35,937 nt of DNA from a virus (lineage: Duplodnaviria; Heunggongvirae; Uroviricota; Caudoviricetes). Positions 24,829-35,412 of this stretch are shown in pieces. Position numbers and translations under genes: made by a program. The DNA lies in the IMG/VR virus record IMGVR_UViG_2778261229_000003, positions 1 to 35,937 of that record. The stretch is one strand, 5' to 3'. The notes below the pieces were generated by a model. The model saw only the letters and a program-made list of their open reading frames with translations. It did not search any database and was not told where the DNA came from. How positions within the stretch are numbered: position 1 is the stretch's first letter; the number at the start of each line of letters is the position of its first letter.

Positions 24829-25722
24829 ATGGACCAGATGGCAGAAAACACACCAGAAGTTGAAATCGAAACCGACGCGTCAGAGCAGATTCCTGATGAT
24901 GTCGAACTGGCTGAAGAAGTCGAAACAGAAGATGGCAGTGAGTCCTCTGGCAATGATGCAGAGGAAGCTACTGAAACTGATGACGACGAATCAGAACAGG
25001 AATTCTACTTTGGTGACGAAAAGCTGGATTCGCCAACCAGCGAAGATAGCGCAGAGCATGGACTGGTAAAACACCTGCGCAAGACGATTAAAGAGAAAGA
25101 CCGCGATCTGAAAGAGCTGATGCGTCAGTCTCAGAAACCCGTCGAGCAGCAGCCGGTAATCACTCAACCACCGCGAATGCCAAAACTGGATGATGAGGAC
25201 ATCGGTTTCGATGAAGAAATCTATCAGCAACGTATGGCTAAGTGGGCAGAGGAAAACGGCAAATACCAGGAGCAAGTACGAGAGCAGAAACGAGAGGAAG
25301 AGGCGCGTACCGCAACGCTTCAGCAGAAAGCAGCCAATTACATGCAGAGAGTAAAAGCACTGAAAGTGGCTGGCTACCAGGATGCAGAGCAGGCTGTGCG
25401 CGAAGATGTTCCTGTTCATATTCAGGACATGATCCTTCTTGAGTCAGAGAAGCCGGAAATCGTTGTTCTGGCACTCGGTCGCAACGCTGAACTGCGCAAG
25501 CAACTGGCAGAAGCTACCAACCCCGTAGCAATTGGTCGTCTGCTGGAACGTATCGAATCTAAGGCCAGAATCATGCCAAAAGCAAAAACCACGGCAGCCA
25601 CAACCCCGACAGTTAAGGGGAGCAACGGCGCAGTAATCAATAACCTCGACAAACTGAAAGCCAAGGCGCTGGAAACTGGTGACTGGACGCCGTATTTCGC
25701 CGCTAAAAAGGCAAAAAAATAA
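24829..25722 (+). CDS. Scaffolding protein
   Basis: 297-aa highly acidic/helical ORF between portal and coat, as in P22 gp8. Confidence 0.7.
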   Translation: MDQMAENTPEVEIETDASEQIPDDVELAEEVETEDGSESSGNDAEEATETDDDESEQEFYFGDEKLDSPTSEDSAEHGLVKHLRKTIKEKDRDLKELMRQSQKPVEQQPVITQPPRMPKLDDEDIGFDEEIYQQRMAKWAEENGKYQEQVREQKREEEARTATLQQKAANYMQRVKALKVAGYQDAEQAVREDVPVHIQDMILLESEKPEIVVLALGRNAELRKQLAEATNPVAIGRLLERIESKARIMPKAKTTAATTPTVKGSNGAVINNLDKLKAKALETGDWTPYFAAKKAKK

Positions 25723-25740
25723 CCTATCGGAGCATTAAGC

Positions 25741-26994
25741 ATGGCTAACCAATTAGCAAAAGACCTTGAAATCATGTTCGAAAACTACGTTGAAGGCTTT
25801 GAGGCCGCCTGCGTAGTTTCCCGTAACGCTAAAAAATTCCGTCCCGGTGATACAGCAATGCAGCGAGCAGGTGATGTTCTGTATCGTCCGCAGCATTACC
25901 ACATGAACATTGAGGAAGGCCTCGACCTCAGCAGCAAAACGCCAACAGCACTGGTTCAGCGCCTTGTTCCTTCTGTGTTCAAGGAGCCGAAAAACATTCT
26001 GTACACTCTGGATGCGCGTGAAATGCGTGACCCGGAACATAAAACTGAAGCTGGTCGCGCCGCAGGTATGCGCCTTGCTGCACAGATTGACTCTGACCTG
26101 ATTTCCATGGTCACGCAGCGTGCTACTAACGTGATCACAATGGCTGACTCAACCACTGGTTCACAGGGCCGTGATTTGTGGAACTGTGCGGCAGGTATTG
26201 ATGCCACCATGACGGCGATTGGTGTACCACAGGGTATCAACCGCCGCTCTTTCTGGAACCCCTTCAACTATAAAGACCTTGCTGGCGAGCTTGGTCACCG
26301 TGCTTATGCTCAGGGCGCAACCCTGACAGCATACGAAAAAGCGCAGATCCCTCCGGTTGCGTCCTTCGATAGCTACAAGACCGATATTTCCGGTCGTGTT
26401 CCGAAGGGTACAGCAACTTCCATTACGCTGGCAGCAGCACCTGCGCACAAGGTTGAAGCGAAAGATGCTAACGATATGCCAGTGGATAACCGACAGGGGA
26501 CCATTACGGTATCTGCTGAAGGTTTGCAGGTTGGCGATGCGTTTACCATCGCAGGGGTGAATTCCGTACACCAGATCACCAAAGATACCACCGGGCAGCC
26601 GCAGGTATTCCGCGTTCTGGCAGTTAGCGGAACGACAGTAACTATATCCCCGAAAATTCTGCCGCCTGACAACGCGGATGTCGCCAGCCGTCCATATGCA
26701 AACGTTGATGCTAATGCGGCAAGTAGCGCAGCAATCACTATTCTCAACAAAAATGCCGCACCGGCTAACCTGTTCTGGGCTGATGGTTCTGTTGAACTGA
26801 TGTACGGCAAACTGGCGTTCCCGACTGGTCAGGGTCCACAGGTAATGACAGCAACCACCGAGCAGGGCGCTACGCTGATCATGTCTTATGCCTTCGACCA
26901 CATCAAAGGCGTAACCACTGCTCGTTTCACCACTCTGTACGGTTGCTCTGTACTTGTTCCTGAATATACGGGCATCGTTATTGCCGGGCAGTAA
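25741..26994 (+). CDS. Major coat protein (P22 gp5-like)
   Basis: 417-aa ORF; motifs GDAFTIAGVN, YANVDANAASSAAITILNKNAAPANLFWADG resemble P22 coat; strong terminator follows. Confidence 0.8.
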   Translation: MANQLAKDLEIMFENYVEGFEAACVVSRNAKKFRPGDTAMQRAGDVLYRPQHYHMNIEEGLDLSSKTPTALVQRLVPSVFKEPKNILYTLDAREMRDPEHKTEAGRAAGMRLAAQIDSDLISMVTQRATNVITMADSTTGSQGRDLWNCAAGIDATMTAIGVPQGINRRSFWNPFNYKDLAGELGHRAYAQGATLTAYEKAQIPPVASFDSYKTDISGRVPKGTATSITLAAAPAHKVEAKDANDMPVDNRQGTITVSAEGLQVGDAFTIAGVNSVHQITKDTTGQPQVFRVLAVSGTTVTISPKILPPDNADVASRPYANVDANAASSAAITILNKNAAPANLFWADGSVELMYGKLAFPTGQGPQVMTATTEQGATLIMSYAFDHIKGVTTARFTTLYGCSVLVPEYTGIVIAGQ

Positions 26995-27001
26995 TTTTGG
27001 T

Positions 27002-27023
27002 GGGGCTTCGGCCCCATTTTTAT
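27002..27023 (+). terminator. Rho-independent terminator after coat gene
   Basis: Hairpin GGGGC-TTCG-GCCCC followed by ATTTTTATT. Confidence 0.7.
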
Positions 27024-27035
27024 TGGGAGAAGACA

Positions 27036-27224
27036 ATGGCACGAACAATGCTCTATAAGCCGGGCAACATGATCACCTGTGGTCAGTTTGCTGTCGATTA
27101 CATCATTGTTGATGACGAAGAAGTTAAATCTCACCTGAAAAAAGGCTGGGTAAAAACTCCTGAAGAAACCGCAACGAAGCAAAAAGTGGCTAAGGCGGAA
27201 GAAGATGGCGAAAACGAAGGGTGA
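27036..27224 (+). CDS. Small hypothetical protein (62 aa)
   Basis: ORF MARTMLYKPGNMITCGQFAVDYIIVDDEEV... with GGGAGAAG RBS; between coat and gp4-like genes. Confidence 0.4.
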   Translation: MARTMLYKPGNMITCGQFAVDYIIVDDEEVKSHLKKGWVKTPEETATKQKVAKAEEDGENEG

Positions 27225-27666
27225 TCTCGTTCTTAAGGCTTTACGAAAAGCCGGGCTGTATTCCAATGCCACGTTGACAGATGCCGACCCTCAGGCAATT
27301 GAAGATGCCATTAATGACCTCGAAGACATGATGGCAGCATGGCAGGCGAAAGGTATCGAGCTTGGATATCAGTTTGCTGATACAGAAAACGGCATCATGC
27401 CGTTACCTGACGATGATTCAGGTATCCCTGCATGGGCAAATGATGGCGTCGCTTTGAAGCTCGCTGTGCAGGTGTGCATGGATAACGTCATTCAGCCGTC
27501 GGATGCTCTCCTGACCGCTGCTGACAGTGCATATCAGACAATCTGTATCGCTTTAACAAAAATACCACCACTTGAGCGACGAAATGACATGCCTCGCGGT
27601 AGTGGTAACAAAAGCGCGTTTACGTGGAATCGGTTTTACATCGAGAAAGATGATCCGAGTACGTGA
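27205..27666 (+). CDS. Head-to-tail adaptor / tail accessory factor (P22 gp4-like)
   Basis: 153-aa ORF MAKTKGDLVLKALRKAGLYSNATLTDADPQAIEDAINDLEDMMAAW resembling P22 gp4. Confidence 0.8.
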   Translation: MAKTKGDLVLKALRKAGLYSNATLTDADPQAIEDAINDLEDMMAAWQAKGIELGYQFADTENGIMPLPDDDSGIPAWANDGVALKLAVQVCMDNVIQPSDALLTAADSAYQTICIALTKIPPLERRNDMPRGSGNKSAFTWNRFYIEKDDPST

Positions 27667-27675
27667 GGTGAATAA

Positions 27676-29094
27676 ATGCCGATTCAGCAACTTCCGCTTA
27701 TGAAAGGTGTCGGCAAAGATTTCCGAAACGCCGACTATATCGACTATCTGCCAGTGAATATGTTGGCTACACCCAAAGAAATCCTTAACAGCAGCGGATA
27801 TCTTCGTTCATTCCCGGGCATTGCCAAACGTTCTGATGTGAACGGAGTATCGCGAGGCGTCGAGTACAACATGGCGCAGAATGCTGTTTATCGCGTGTGT
27901 GGTGGAAAGCTGTACAAAGGAGAAAGTGAAGTCGGTGATGTTGCCGGAAGTGGTCGCGTATCAATGGCGCATGGTCGGACATCACAGGCGGTAGGCGTTA
28001 ATGGTCAACTGGTCGAGTATCGCTATGATGGCACGGTTAAAACCGTCTCAAACTGGCCTACAGACAGCGGATTCACACAGTATGAGTTAGGTTCAGTTCG
28101 CGACATTACGCGCTTACGTGGCCGTTATGCGTGGTCAAAAGACGGCACCGATTCATGGTTTATCACTGACCTTGAAGACGAATCGCATCCTGACCGATAC
28201 AGCGCACAATATCGCGCAGAATCACAGCCTGACGGCATCATCGGAATCGGAACATGGCGAGACTTCATCGTCTGCTTTGGTACATCGACTATTGAATATT
28301 TCTCCCTGACTGGTGCAACCACAGTTGGTGCTGCTTTGTATGTCGCACAGCCATCGCTGATGGTGCAGAAAGGCATTGCCGGGACTTACTGCAAAACACC
28401 ATTCGCTGATTCTTATGCGTTCATCAGCAATCCGGCAACGGGTGCGCCGTCTGTGTACATCATCGGTTCCGGGCAGGTGTCACCAATCGCCAGCGCGAGC
28501 ATTGAGAAAATTCTTCGCACCTACACTGCTGATGAACTGGCTGATGGCGTAATGGAATCGCTGCGGTTTGATGCTCATGAATTGCTGATTATCCATCTTC
28601 CGCGTCACGTCCTCGTGTACGACGCATCTTCAAGCGCCAATGGTCCGCAATGGTGTGTGTTGAAAACAGGCCTGTATGACGATGTGTACCGCGCTATCGA
28701 CTTCATTTACGAAGGCAATCAGATAACGTGCGGCGATAAGCTGGAATCCGTGACCGGGAAATTGCAGTTCGATATCAGCAGCCAGTACGACAAGCAGCAG
28801 GAACACCTGCTGTTTACTCCACTATTCAAAGCAGATAACGCCAGAGTTTTCGACCTTGAGGTTGAATCGTCAACTGGCGTTGCGCAGTACGCCGACCGCC
28901 TGTTCCTCTCTGCAACCACTGACGGCATAAATTACGGACGTGAGCAGATGATTGAGCAGAATGAACCGTTCGTTTACGACAAGCGTGTTTTGTGGAAGCG
29001 AGTAGGGCGCATCAGGAAAAATGTCGGCTTCAAACTTCGCGTTATCACGAAGTCACCTGTAACTCTGTCTGGCGCTCAGATAAGGATTGAGTAA
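27676..29094 (+). CDS. Tail hub protein (P22 gp10-like)
   Basis: 472-aa [52 protein letters not shown]... matching P22 gp10 from memory. Confidence 0.9.
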   Translation: MPIQQLPLMKGVGKDFRNADYIDYLPVNMLATPKEILNSSGYLRSFPGIAKRSDVNGVSRGVEYNMAQNAVYRVCGGKLYKGESEVGDVAGSGRVSMAHGRTSQAVGVNGQLVEYRYDGTVKTVSNWPTDSGFTQYELGSVRDITRLRGRYAWSKDGTDSWFITDLEDESHPDRYSAQYRAESQPDGIIGIGTWRDFIVCFGTSTIEYFSLTGATTVGAALYVAQPSLMVQKGIAGTYCKTPFADSYAFISNPATGAPSVYIIGSGQVSPIASASIEKILRTYTADELADGVMESLRFDAHELLIIHLPRHVLVYDASSSANGPQWCVLKTGLYDDVYRAIDFIYEGNQITCGDKLESVTGKLQFDISSQYDKQQEHLLFTPLFKADNARVFDLEVESSTGVAQYADRLFLSATTDGINYGREQMIEQNEPFVYDKRVLWKRVGRIRKNVGFKLRVITKSPVTLSGAQIRIE

Positions 29095-29942
29095 TGGCGG
29101 ATTCATCACTGAATAATCCTGTAGCGGTTCAGGCTACGCGCCTTGATGCTTCAATTTTGCCACGCAATATATTCAGCCAGTCTTACCTGCTGTATGTCAT
29201 TAATCAGGGGGCTGATGTAGGCGCAATTGCCGGGAAGGCAAATCAGGCTGGTCAGGGCGCTTATGACGCGCAGGTAAGGAACGATGAGCAGGATGTGATT
29301 CTCGCTGACCATGAGCAGCGAATTTCTGCTGCGGAAGCAACGCTTGTTAATCATGAGGAGCGAATCAGCCAGGCAGAATCAACTCTTCAGGACCATGAAA
29401 CACGAATCGCTCAGAATGAAAGCGATATTGCGTCGCTTGATACCAGAGTTCAGTCGCTGGAATCGCAGGTTTCAGACCATGAAACGCGCATCGATGCTCT
29501 GGAGTATGCAACTACTCGCAAGAAGTCAGAGGTTGTTTACTCTGGCGTATCTGTAACCATCCCGACAGCGCCGACCAACCTTGTTAGCCTGCTGAAAACG
29601 CTCACGCCGTCATCTGGCACGTTGACACCATTCTTCGACACCGTTAACAACAAGATGGTTGTGTTCAACGAGAACAAAACCTTGTTCTTCAAGCTGTCGA
29701 TCGTCGGGACGTGGCCCAGCGGAACCGCCAACAGGTCAATGCAGCTAACATTCTCCGGTTCTGTTCCTGACACACTGGTAAGCAGTCGCAACTCGGCGAC
29801 AACAACCGATAACATCTTGTTAGCTACGTTCTTCAGCGTGGATAAAGACGGCTTTCTTGCCACAAATGGCAGCACGTTAACCATTCAGTCGAATGGTGCG
29901 GCGTTTACTGCCACAACCATCAAAATCATTGCGGAGCAGTGA
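29094..29942 (+). CDS. Tail needle (gp26 N-terminal domain + C-terminal knob, Sf6-type)
   Basis: 282-aa ORF; N-terminus [50 protein letters not shown] matches P22 gp26; heptad HE.RI repeats; divergent ~130-aa C-terminal domain. Confidence 0.85.
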   Translation: MADSSLNNPVAVQATRLDASILPRNIFSQSYLLYVINQGADVGAIAGKANQAGQGAYDAQVRNDEQDVILADHEQRISAAEATLVNHEERISQAESTLQDHETRIAQNESDIASLDTRVQSLESQVSDHETRIDALEYATTRKKSEVVYSGVSVTIPTAPTNLVSLLKTLTPSSGTLTPFFDTVNNKMVVFNENKTLFFKLSIVGTWPSGTANRSMQLTFSGSVPDTLVSSRNSATTTDNILLATFFSVDKDGFLATNGSTLTIQSNGAAFTATTIKIIAEQ

Positions 29943-30421
29943 TGGAAATAAAGCTCATCGATAATCCGGTGAAGCTTGCAGAATTCCTCAACAACCCGGC
30001 AAACACGGGAAATATCGTAGACAGTGGAGACAAATACTACATCAAGCCTGATGCGGTATACCTCGGCATCTACGAAGGACTGATGCTGGTCGGAGTGCAT
30101 GAAGTGCGTAACTTCTGGCATAGCGTTGTTGAATGCCATGCGGTGTACGACCCCGGATTCCGTGGCGAATATGCACTGCAAGGGCATCGATTATTCTGCA
30201 AATGGCTTCTCGAAAACTCACCATTCCTTAACAGCATCACTATGGTTCCTGACACCACGAAATACGGACGGTCAATTATCCGTTTGCTTGGCGCTACCCG
30301 TGTTGGTCACCTTGATGATGCTTATACCAGCAATGGAAAGCCTGTAGGCATCACGATTTATCAGTTACCGCGCTCAAAATACGAGGAGCTAAAGAATGTT
30401 AATTTTCCAGATTGCCAATAA
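29939..30421 (+). CDS. gp14-like virion assembly/ejection accessory protein
   Basis: 160-aa ORF in the position of P22 gene 14, ATGA-coupled to needle gene; similarity not verified. Confidence 0.45.
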   Translation: MMEIKLIDNPVKLAEFLNNPANTGNIVDSGDKYYIKPDAVYLGIYEGLMLVGVHEVRNFWHSVVECHAVYDPGFRGEYALQGHRLFCKWLLENSPFLNSITMVPDTTKYGRSIIRLLGATRVGHLDDAYTSNGKPVGITIYQLPRSKYEELKNVNFPDCQ

Positions 30422-31070
30422 GCACCTCAGCAAAACTGTTTACTGCAAAGGTGGCGGTGATGGCGGTTCAAAAGCCCAGGCACGCGCCACTGAAAAGGGC
30501 ATCGAACTGCAGCGTGAAATGTGGCAAACGAACATGCAGAACCTTGCACCGTTTACGCCACTCGCTCAGCAGTACGTATCAGAGTTGCAAAATCTTTCCT
30601 CTCTTCAGGGGCAAGGTAAGGCGCTTAACCAGTATTACAACTCTCAGCAGTATAAAGACCTTGCAGGGCAGGCGCGCTATCAGAGTCTGGCAGCAGCAGA
30701 GGCAACTGGTGGATTAGGCTCTACAGCAACAGGAAACCAGTTAGCAGCAATCGCACCTACACTCGGTCAAAACTGGCTGTCAGGTCAGATGAACAACTAC
30801 AACAATCTGGCAAATATCGGCCTTGGTGCTCTTACAGGTCAGGCAAATGCCGGACAGAACTACGCTAACAACGTCAGCCAATTGTATCAACAGCAGGCGG
30901 CAGCATCTGCGGCTAATGCTAACCGACCATCAGGACTGCAATCAGCCTTGGGAGGTGCCATGAGCGGTGCTGCATCAGGGGCGATGATTGGCTCTGTGGT
31001 GCCTGGAATAGGTACAGCTGTTGGCGCTATTGGTGGCGGTATTATCGGTGGGCTTGGATCATTGTTTTAA
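30396..31070 (+). CDS. Ejection protein (P22 gp7-like)
   Basis: 224-aa Gly/Gln/Ala-rich ORF in gene 7 position; start uncertain (overlaps upstream ORF by 26 nt). Confidence 0.6.
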   Translation: MLIFQIANKHLSKTVYCKGGGDGGSKAQARATEKGIELQREMWQTNMQNLAPFTPLAQQYVSELQNLSSLQGQGKALNQYYNSQQYKDLAGQARYQSLAAAEATGGLGSTATGNQLAAIAPTLGQNWLSGQMNNYNNLANIGLGALTGQANAGQNYANNVSQLYQQQAAASAANANRPSGLQSALGGAMSGAASGAMIGSVVPGIGTAVGAIGGGIIGGLGSLF

Positions 31071-31079
31071 GGTGGGAAT

Positions 31080-32381
31080 ATGGCTACTTGGCAACAAGGA
31101 ATCAACTCAGGCGGCTTTCTTGCTGGTATCGGTGGGCAAAACTCAAATGCGCCAAAGGCAAGTGATGTAAGTGAGGCGTTGGCCTATATTCGCCAGAACA
31201 ACGAAATGGAGCGCTCAGGTCGCAATAACATCGGCCTTCAGGCGTTGCAGGGTCTTGGTAGTGTCGCTCAAGCATATCAAGCCGCAAAGCAACAGGAAGC
31301 GGATGCTGCATTCCAAAAAGAATATGCGGCAGCCATCCAGTCCGGCGATCGACAGCAGGTTCGAAATCTGATGACCAAATATCCTGGTCAATTAGAGAAG
31401 ATTCAGTCTGGTATGAAGTGGGCAGACGAAGACCAGCGCAATTCCATCGGTACCTTAGCGGCTGGCGCACGCCTTGCGTCATCGTCTCCAGAAGCAATGC
31501 AATCATGGCTGCAAAACAACGCCAAGGAACTGACTCGCGTCGGTGTTGACCCTAATAACGTTGCTCAGATGTATCAGCAGAATCCTTCAGGATTTGGTGA
31601 GTTTGTTGATCACCTTGGAATGGCTGCTCTTGGTCCGATTGATTACTTCAATGTTCAGGACAAGATGGCTGGTCGTGAGATTGACCGAGGCAGGCTGGCA
31701 GAGACAATCCGCAGCAATCAGGCAGGAGAAGCACTAACAGCTCGAGGTCAGGACATCCAGATACGTGGACAGAACATCAGCGCACAGAATGCTGCTCTTT
31801 CCCGAGAAATACAAAGAGCAGAATTACAAGAAAAGGCTCTGGACAGACAGATAGCCAGAGAAAGCAATCAGTTAAAGCTTGAAGAGCTAAAACAGAAACA
31901 GGCAGATGTTCGGCAAAAGGCTGACATAGCCCGCGCTGACAGGCAGGCCGCCGCTCAGGGTGCAGTTGATACGTTCAGCACCGCGCTTGATTCTCTCAAC
32001 GAGATAGAGCAAAGCCCCGGCCTTTCAAAAGCAGTAGGAATTCGCTCAGCGTTTCCGACAGTTCCTGGCTCTGATGCGGCTAACTTTGAAGCAAGGCTCG
32101 ACACCTTTAAAGCTCAAACATTCCTTCCTATGGTGCAGTCCCTGAAGGGTATGGGCGCTCTTTCAGATGCAGAGGGTAAAAAATTATCCGATGCGGTTGG
32201 TGCCCTAAGCCCCAAAATGAGTGAAAAGGCTTTTCGTGACTCTATCGGAAAGATTAGAAATCAGCTTGAAAGCAAGTTGAGCACTGTTAAAAAACAGTTT
32301 GATTATCAGGAGCCAGTACAGAATACGCCAGCGCAACAACCTACTACTGGCAGTAATTTTTCTTCACTATGGGGTGATTAA
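31080..32381 (+). CDS. Ejection protein (P22 gp20-like)
   Basis: 433-aa ORF in gene 20 position, coiled-coil central region. Confidence 0.6.
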   Translation: MATWQQGINSGGFLAGIGGQNSNAPKASDVSEALAYIRQNNEMERSGRNNIGLQALQGLGSVAQAYQAAKQQEADAAFQKEYAAAIQSGDRQQVRNLMTKYPGQLEKIQSGMKWADEDQRNSIGTLAAGARLASSSPEAMQSWLQNNAKELTRVGVDPNNVAQMYQQNPSGFGEFVDHLGMAALGPIDYFNVQDKMAGREIDRGRLAETIRSNQAGEALTARGQDIQIRGQNISAQNAALSREIQRAELQEKALDRQIARESNQLKLEELKQKQADVRQKADIARADRQAAAQGAVDTFSTALDSLNEIEQSPGLSKAVGIRSAFPTVPGSDAANFEARLDTFKAQTFLPMVQSLKGMGALSDAEGKKLSDAVGALSPKMSEKAFRDSIGKIRNQLESKLSTVKKQFDYQEPVQNTPAQQPTTGSNFSSLWGD

Positions 32382-34378
32382 TGGCTAAAGCATGGAAAGA
32401 TGTTATCGCCTCTCCACAGTATCAGGCGTTAGCACCAGAACAAAAAGCGCAGGCTCAGGAGCAATACTTCAATGAAGTCGTGGCCCCGCAAGCCGGAGAA
32501 AATGCAGAGCAGGCTAAGCAAGCTTTCTATGCTGCCTATCCATTGCCATCTGTGCAGCCAGTGGATACACAGCAACCAGTAGCACAGCAACAACCACAGC
32601 AAAGTGGATTTATGTCTGATCTTGGTGAAGCCGTGAAAGAAACTGGTCGCGGACTGGTGCAGGCTGGCGTGAACGTGGCAAACATACCTGCATCAGTTGC
32701 CGATGCTGTAACAAGCGCGGCGGCTTGGGCTGGCGGTAAACTCGGAATTGGCGATGGGACATATCACCCAGCGCCACGAGTAACAACGCAGGGATTAGAG
32801 CAGGACTTTGGCCTTCAGCAAGGCGCGCTGACTCCACAAACTACAGAGGGCAGGGTATTTGCTGAGGCATTGCCTTACCTCACTCCTGCTGGCATTGAGA
32901 GAGCGGCAACACAGGCACCAACACTCGCTGGTAGAATCGCTCAGGGTGCAACTCGCCTTCTCGCTGAAAACGCAGTCGGGTCACTTGCTGCAAATAGTGC
33001 GAAAGATGATGCGGAAGCCCTCGCCACCGATTTAGGTGTTGGCGTTCTGGCAGGCGGCGCTATTAACGCTGCTGGACGTGGATTAGGTGCTGCTTATCGT
33101 GGCGTTAGTGGTGCTATTGCGCCAGAAGCGCAGCAGGCTATCAGATTTGCAGAGCGTGAAGGAGTTCCTCTGCACACCACAGACCTGTTACAGCCTACTT
33201 CCCGCGTCGGGAAAATGGCGCAGACGACAGCGGAAAATATCCCCCTGGCTGGCACAAGCGGAATGAGAGCAACGCAACAGGAAGCGAGAAGCCAGTTGGT
33301 GCAGAGATTTGCTGATAAATTCGGTGAGTATGATCCAGCTGTTGTTATTGACAGCCTTAAAGCGAAAACATCAGGAATTCGTCGTGCTGCAGGGAACCGT
33401 CTTGAGCAGGTTCAGAATGCAATGGCGGGAGTCAATATCCAGCCTGCGCGAGCAATTCAGCAGATTGATACTGAGATATCTAACCTGCAGAAGCTTGGTA
33501 AGGTTGCTGATAACGAGACTATTTCAAAACTTCAATCATATCGTGATGAACTTGTTCGCAATGCTGGTCCTGATGGTCCGGTAAATCTGGATTTGAAGCA
33601 ATTAAGCGACCTGCGCAGCCAGTTCAGAATGGACGTGAAAGGTGAGCGACCAGTGTTACCAAACCGTTCCGATGCTGCCATTCAGCGCGTTTACAAGGCA
33701 ATGACCGACGATATCAATGGTGCCATTGGTCAGAATCTTGGCAACGATACTCTCCGTAAATATCAGCAGGCCAATGCCGTCTACGCTGACGAAGCGGCGA
33801 AACTAAAGAATACCAGGCTGAAGAATGTTCTCATGAAAGGCGACCTGACGCCGGAAGTTGTCAACAACATGCTATTCAGCAAGAACAAATCGGAAATTAA
33901 GACTCTGTATAACTCAGTTGGTCGTGTTGGCAGGACGCAAATGCGCAATGGCATCATTGGAAAGGCGATGGAGAAATCTGGCGGATCCCCTGACCAGTTC
34001 CTTCGGCAGCTTAACATCCTGCAAAACCAGACTGGCATCACATTTAAGGGGCAGGACGCTGCTTATCTGAAAGGATTAAAAAACTACCTGCAATCCACGC
34101 AGCAGGCTGCAAAAGCGGCAGTAACAACACCCACAGGGCAGCAAACTATCCCGTTCATAATTGGGTATGGGACGGCAATGAACCCGGCTACAACTGGCGC
34201 AGCAGTAAGCTACGGACTTCTTACTCGCGCCTATGAGAGCGAGCCATTCAGAAATGCAATGCTACGAATGGCAAACACACAACGCGGATCGACAGCGTTT
34301 GAGAAAGCCATGCAGCAAGCGCAAAAAGCGATTAATGCACTGACGCAGGGTGCGAAGTCTGATTCGTTGTCAGAATAG
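32381..34378 (+). CDS. Ejection protein (P22 gp16-like)
   Basis: 665-aa ORF in gene 16 position, ATGA-coupled to upstream gene. Confidence 0.6.
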   Translation: MAKAWKDVIASPQYQALAPEQKAQAQEQYFNEVVAPQAGENAEQAKQAFYAAYPLPSVQPVDTQQPVAQQQPQQSGFMSDLGEAVKETGRGLVQAGVNVANIPASVADAVTSAAAWAGGKLGIGDGTYHPAPRVTTQGLEQDFGLQQGALTPQTTEGRVFAEALPYLTPAGIERAATQAPTLAGRIAQGATRLLAENAVGSLAANSAKDDAEALATDLGVGVLAGGAINAAGRGLGAAYRGVSGAIAPEAQQAIRFAEREGVPLHTTDLLQPTSRVGKMAQTTAENIPLAGTSGMRATQQEARSQLVQRFADKFGEYDPAVVIDSLKAKTSGIRRAAGNRLEQVQNAMAGVNIQPARAIQQIDTEISNLQKLGKVADNETISKLQSYRDELVRNAGPDGPVNLDLKQLSDLRSQFRMDVKGERPVLPNRSDAAIQRVYKAMTDDINGAIGQNLGNDTLRKYQQANAVYADEAAKLKNTRLKNVLMKGDLTPEVVNNMLFSKNKSEIKTLYNSVGRVGRTQMRNGIIGKAMEKSGGSPDQFLRQLNILQNQTGITFKGQDAAYLKGLKNYLQSTQQAAKAAVTTPTGQQTIPFIIGYGTAMNPATTGAAVSYGLLTRAYESEPFRNAMLRMANTQRGSTAFEKAMQQAQKAINALTQGAKSDSLSE

Positions 34379-34468
34379 CCTTTCAAACACCAGGAACGTG
34401 CAAAAACCAAATATGTAGAACGCGAGGTTTATCGTATCCCTCTGCATAGGCGATACCTTTGCTGATTG

Positions 34469-34954
34469 TTATCTGATGCTACTGCTACTGTTGCATGTTA
34501 CCGTGTTTCTAAATCCTGAATTGCAGTTTGTGTAAGTGTCAACTCGTGTTGGATAGGGTTGAGTTATAACAGGCTGTCTCGCTTTTTGCTCGATCGCTTG
34601 CATTGTGTTTACAGCCTGATAATTCAATAAAGCCTGCTGGAATGCTTGGCTTTGTGCTATTTGTTGGGCTTGTTCTTGGCTTTGTAATTGAACATAAAGA
34701 TTCTGAAGCTCAAGTCTTGCCTGTGCGTCACTTATCTTGCCTTCATCGACACTTTGCCCGAGCATCTTTGCAGCAAGGACATACAGCTTAGGTGTTGGTG
34801 CTGATGCCATGCGTGAGTCGTTCTTCACACTGGCATCAAGGCAATTAGCCATATCGCTAAGCTTTTGATAGCGTTGTTCGCAACTTGCTTGATAGTCACT
34901 TACTTTTGCGCACCCAACCAGCAGAAGCGGGATAATTAACAGTGATTTTTTCAT
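34469..34954 (-). CDS. Predicted lipoprotein (moron; candidate exclusion/lysogenic-conversion protein)
   Basis: Start refined to MKKSLLIIPLLLVGCAKV (signal peptide + lipobox LVGC), AAGGAG RBS; Gln-rich middle region; same strand as and 70 nt downstream of mnt. Confidence 0.6.
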   Translation of the reverse strand: MKKSLLIIPLLLVGCAKVSDYQASCEQRYQKLSDMANCLDASVKNDSRMASAPTPKLYVLAAKMLGQSVDEGKISDAQARLELQNLYVQLQSQEQAQQIAQSQAFQQALLNYQAVNTMQAIEQKARQPVITQPYPTRVDTYTNCNSGFRNTVTCNSSSSIR

Positions 34955-35024
34955 ATGGTTAACTCTCCTTAGTTTTTCACAGGATATCATGAAGGCAATG
35001 CCATTTTAGCCGGAAACTAGATTT

Positions 35025-35291
35025 CTATGTTCCCTTTTTATTATTGCTATACATGGTCTTAAGCGTTTCAAAAACCATTTTCTTAACCATATCAGATTGT
35101 TGTTCTGCTATACGCTCTGCATCGTCAATGTAAACTGATGCAGAGCTTTGTTTAGCCAATGATTCTTCAATCGCTGCAATTATCTCTGAGTTCAGCGACC
35201 TGTTATTCATCTTCGCGCGCTGTTTAATTTTCGCGTGAAGTTCATGCGGAAGTCTCAAGTGAAACTGCGCCTCGTCGTATTTACTGTACAT
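35025..35291 (-). CDS. mnt: Mnt-like ribbon-helix-helix repressor
   Basis: Start refined to MYSKYDEAQFHLRLPHELHAKIKQRAKMNNRSLNSEIIAAIEESL...; RHH N-terminus and C-terminal DDAERIAEQQSDMVKKMVFETLK resemble P22 Mnt. Confidence 0.7.
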   Translation of the reverse strand: MYSKYDEAQFHLRLPHELHAKIKQRAKMNNRSLNSEIIAAIEESLAKQSSASVYIDDAERIAEQQSDMVKKMVFETLKTMYSNNKKGT

Positions 35292-35364
35292 CCTTGATGC
35301 CTCACCAGTTGGGTGGAATGGCATCGTAACCTACTGGATAAATACTCAATAGTACCATTTCGAT

Positions 35365-35387
35365 ATGCAATCACATCATGGTTGCAT
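35365..35387. promoter_or_regulatory. Inverted repeat, candidate operator in mnt-tailspike intergenic region
   Basis: ATGCAA-N11-TTGCAT between divergent mnt and tailspike starts. Confidence 0.3.
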
Positions 35388-35412
35388 CATATCATTCGTC
35401 TGGAGCAATGAA

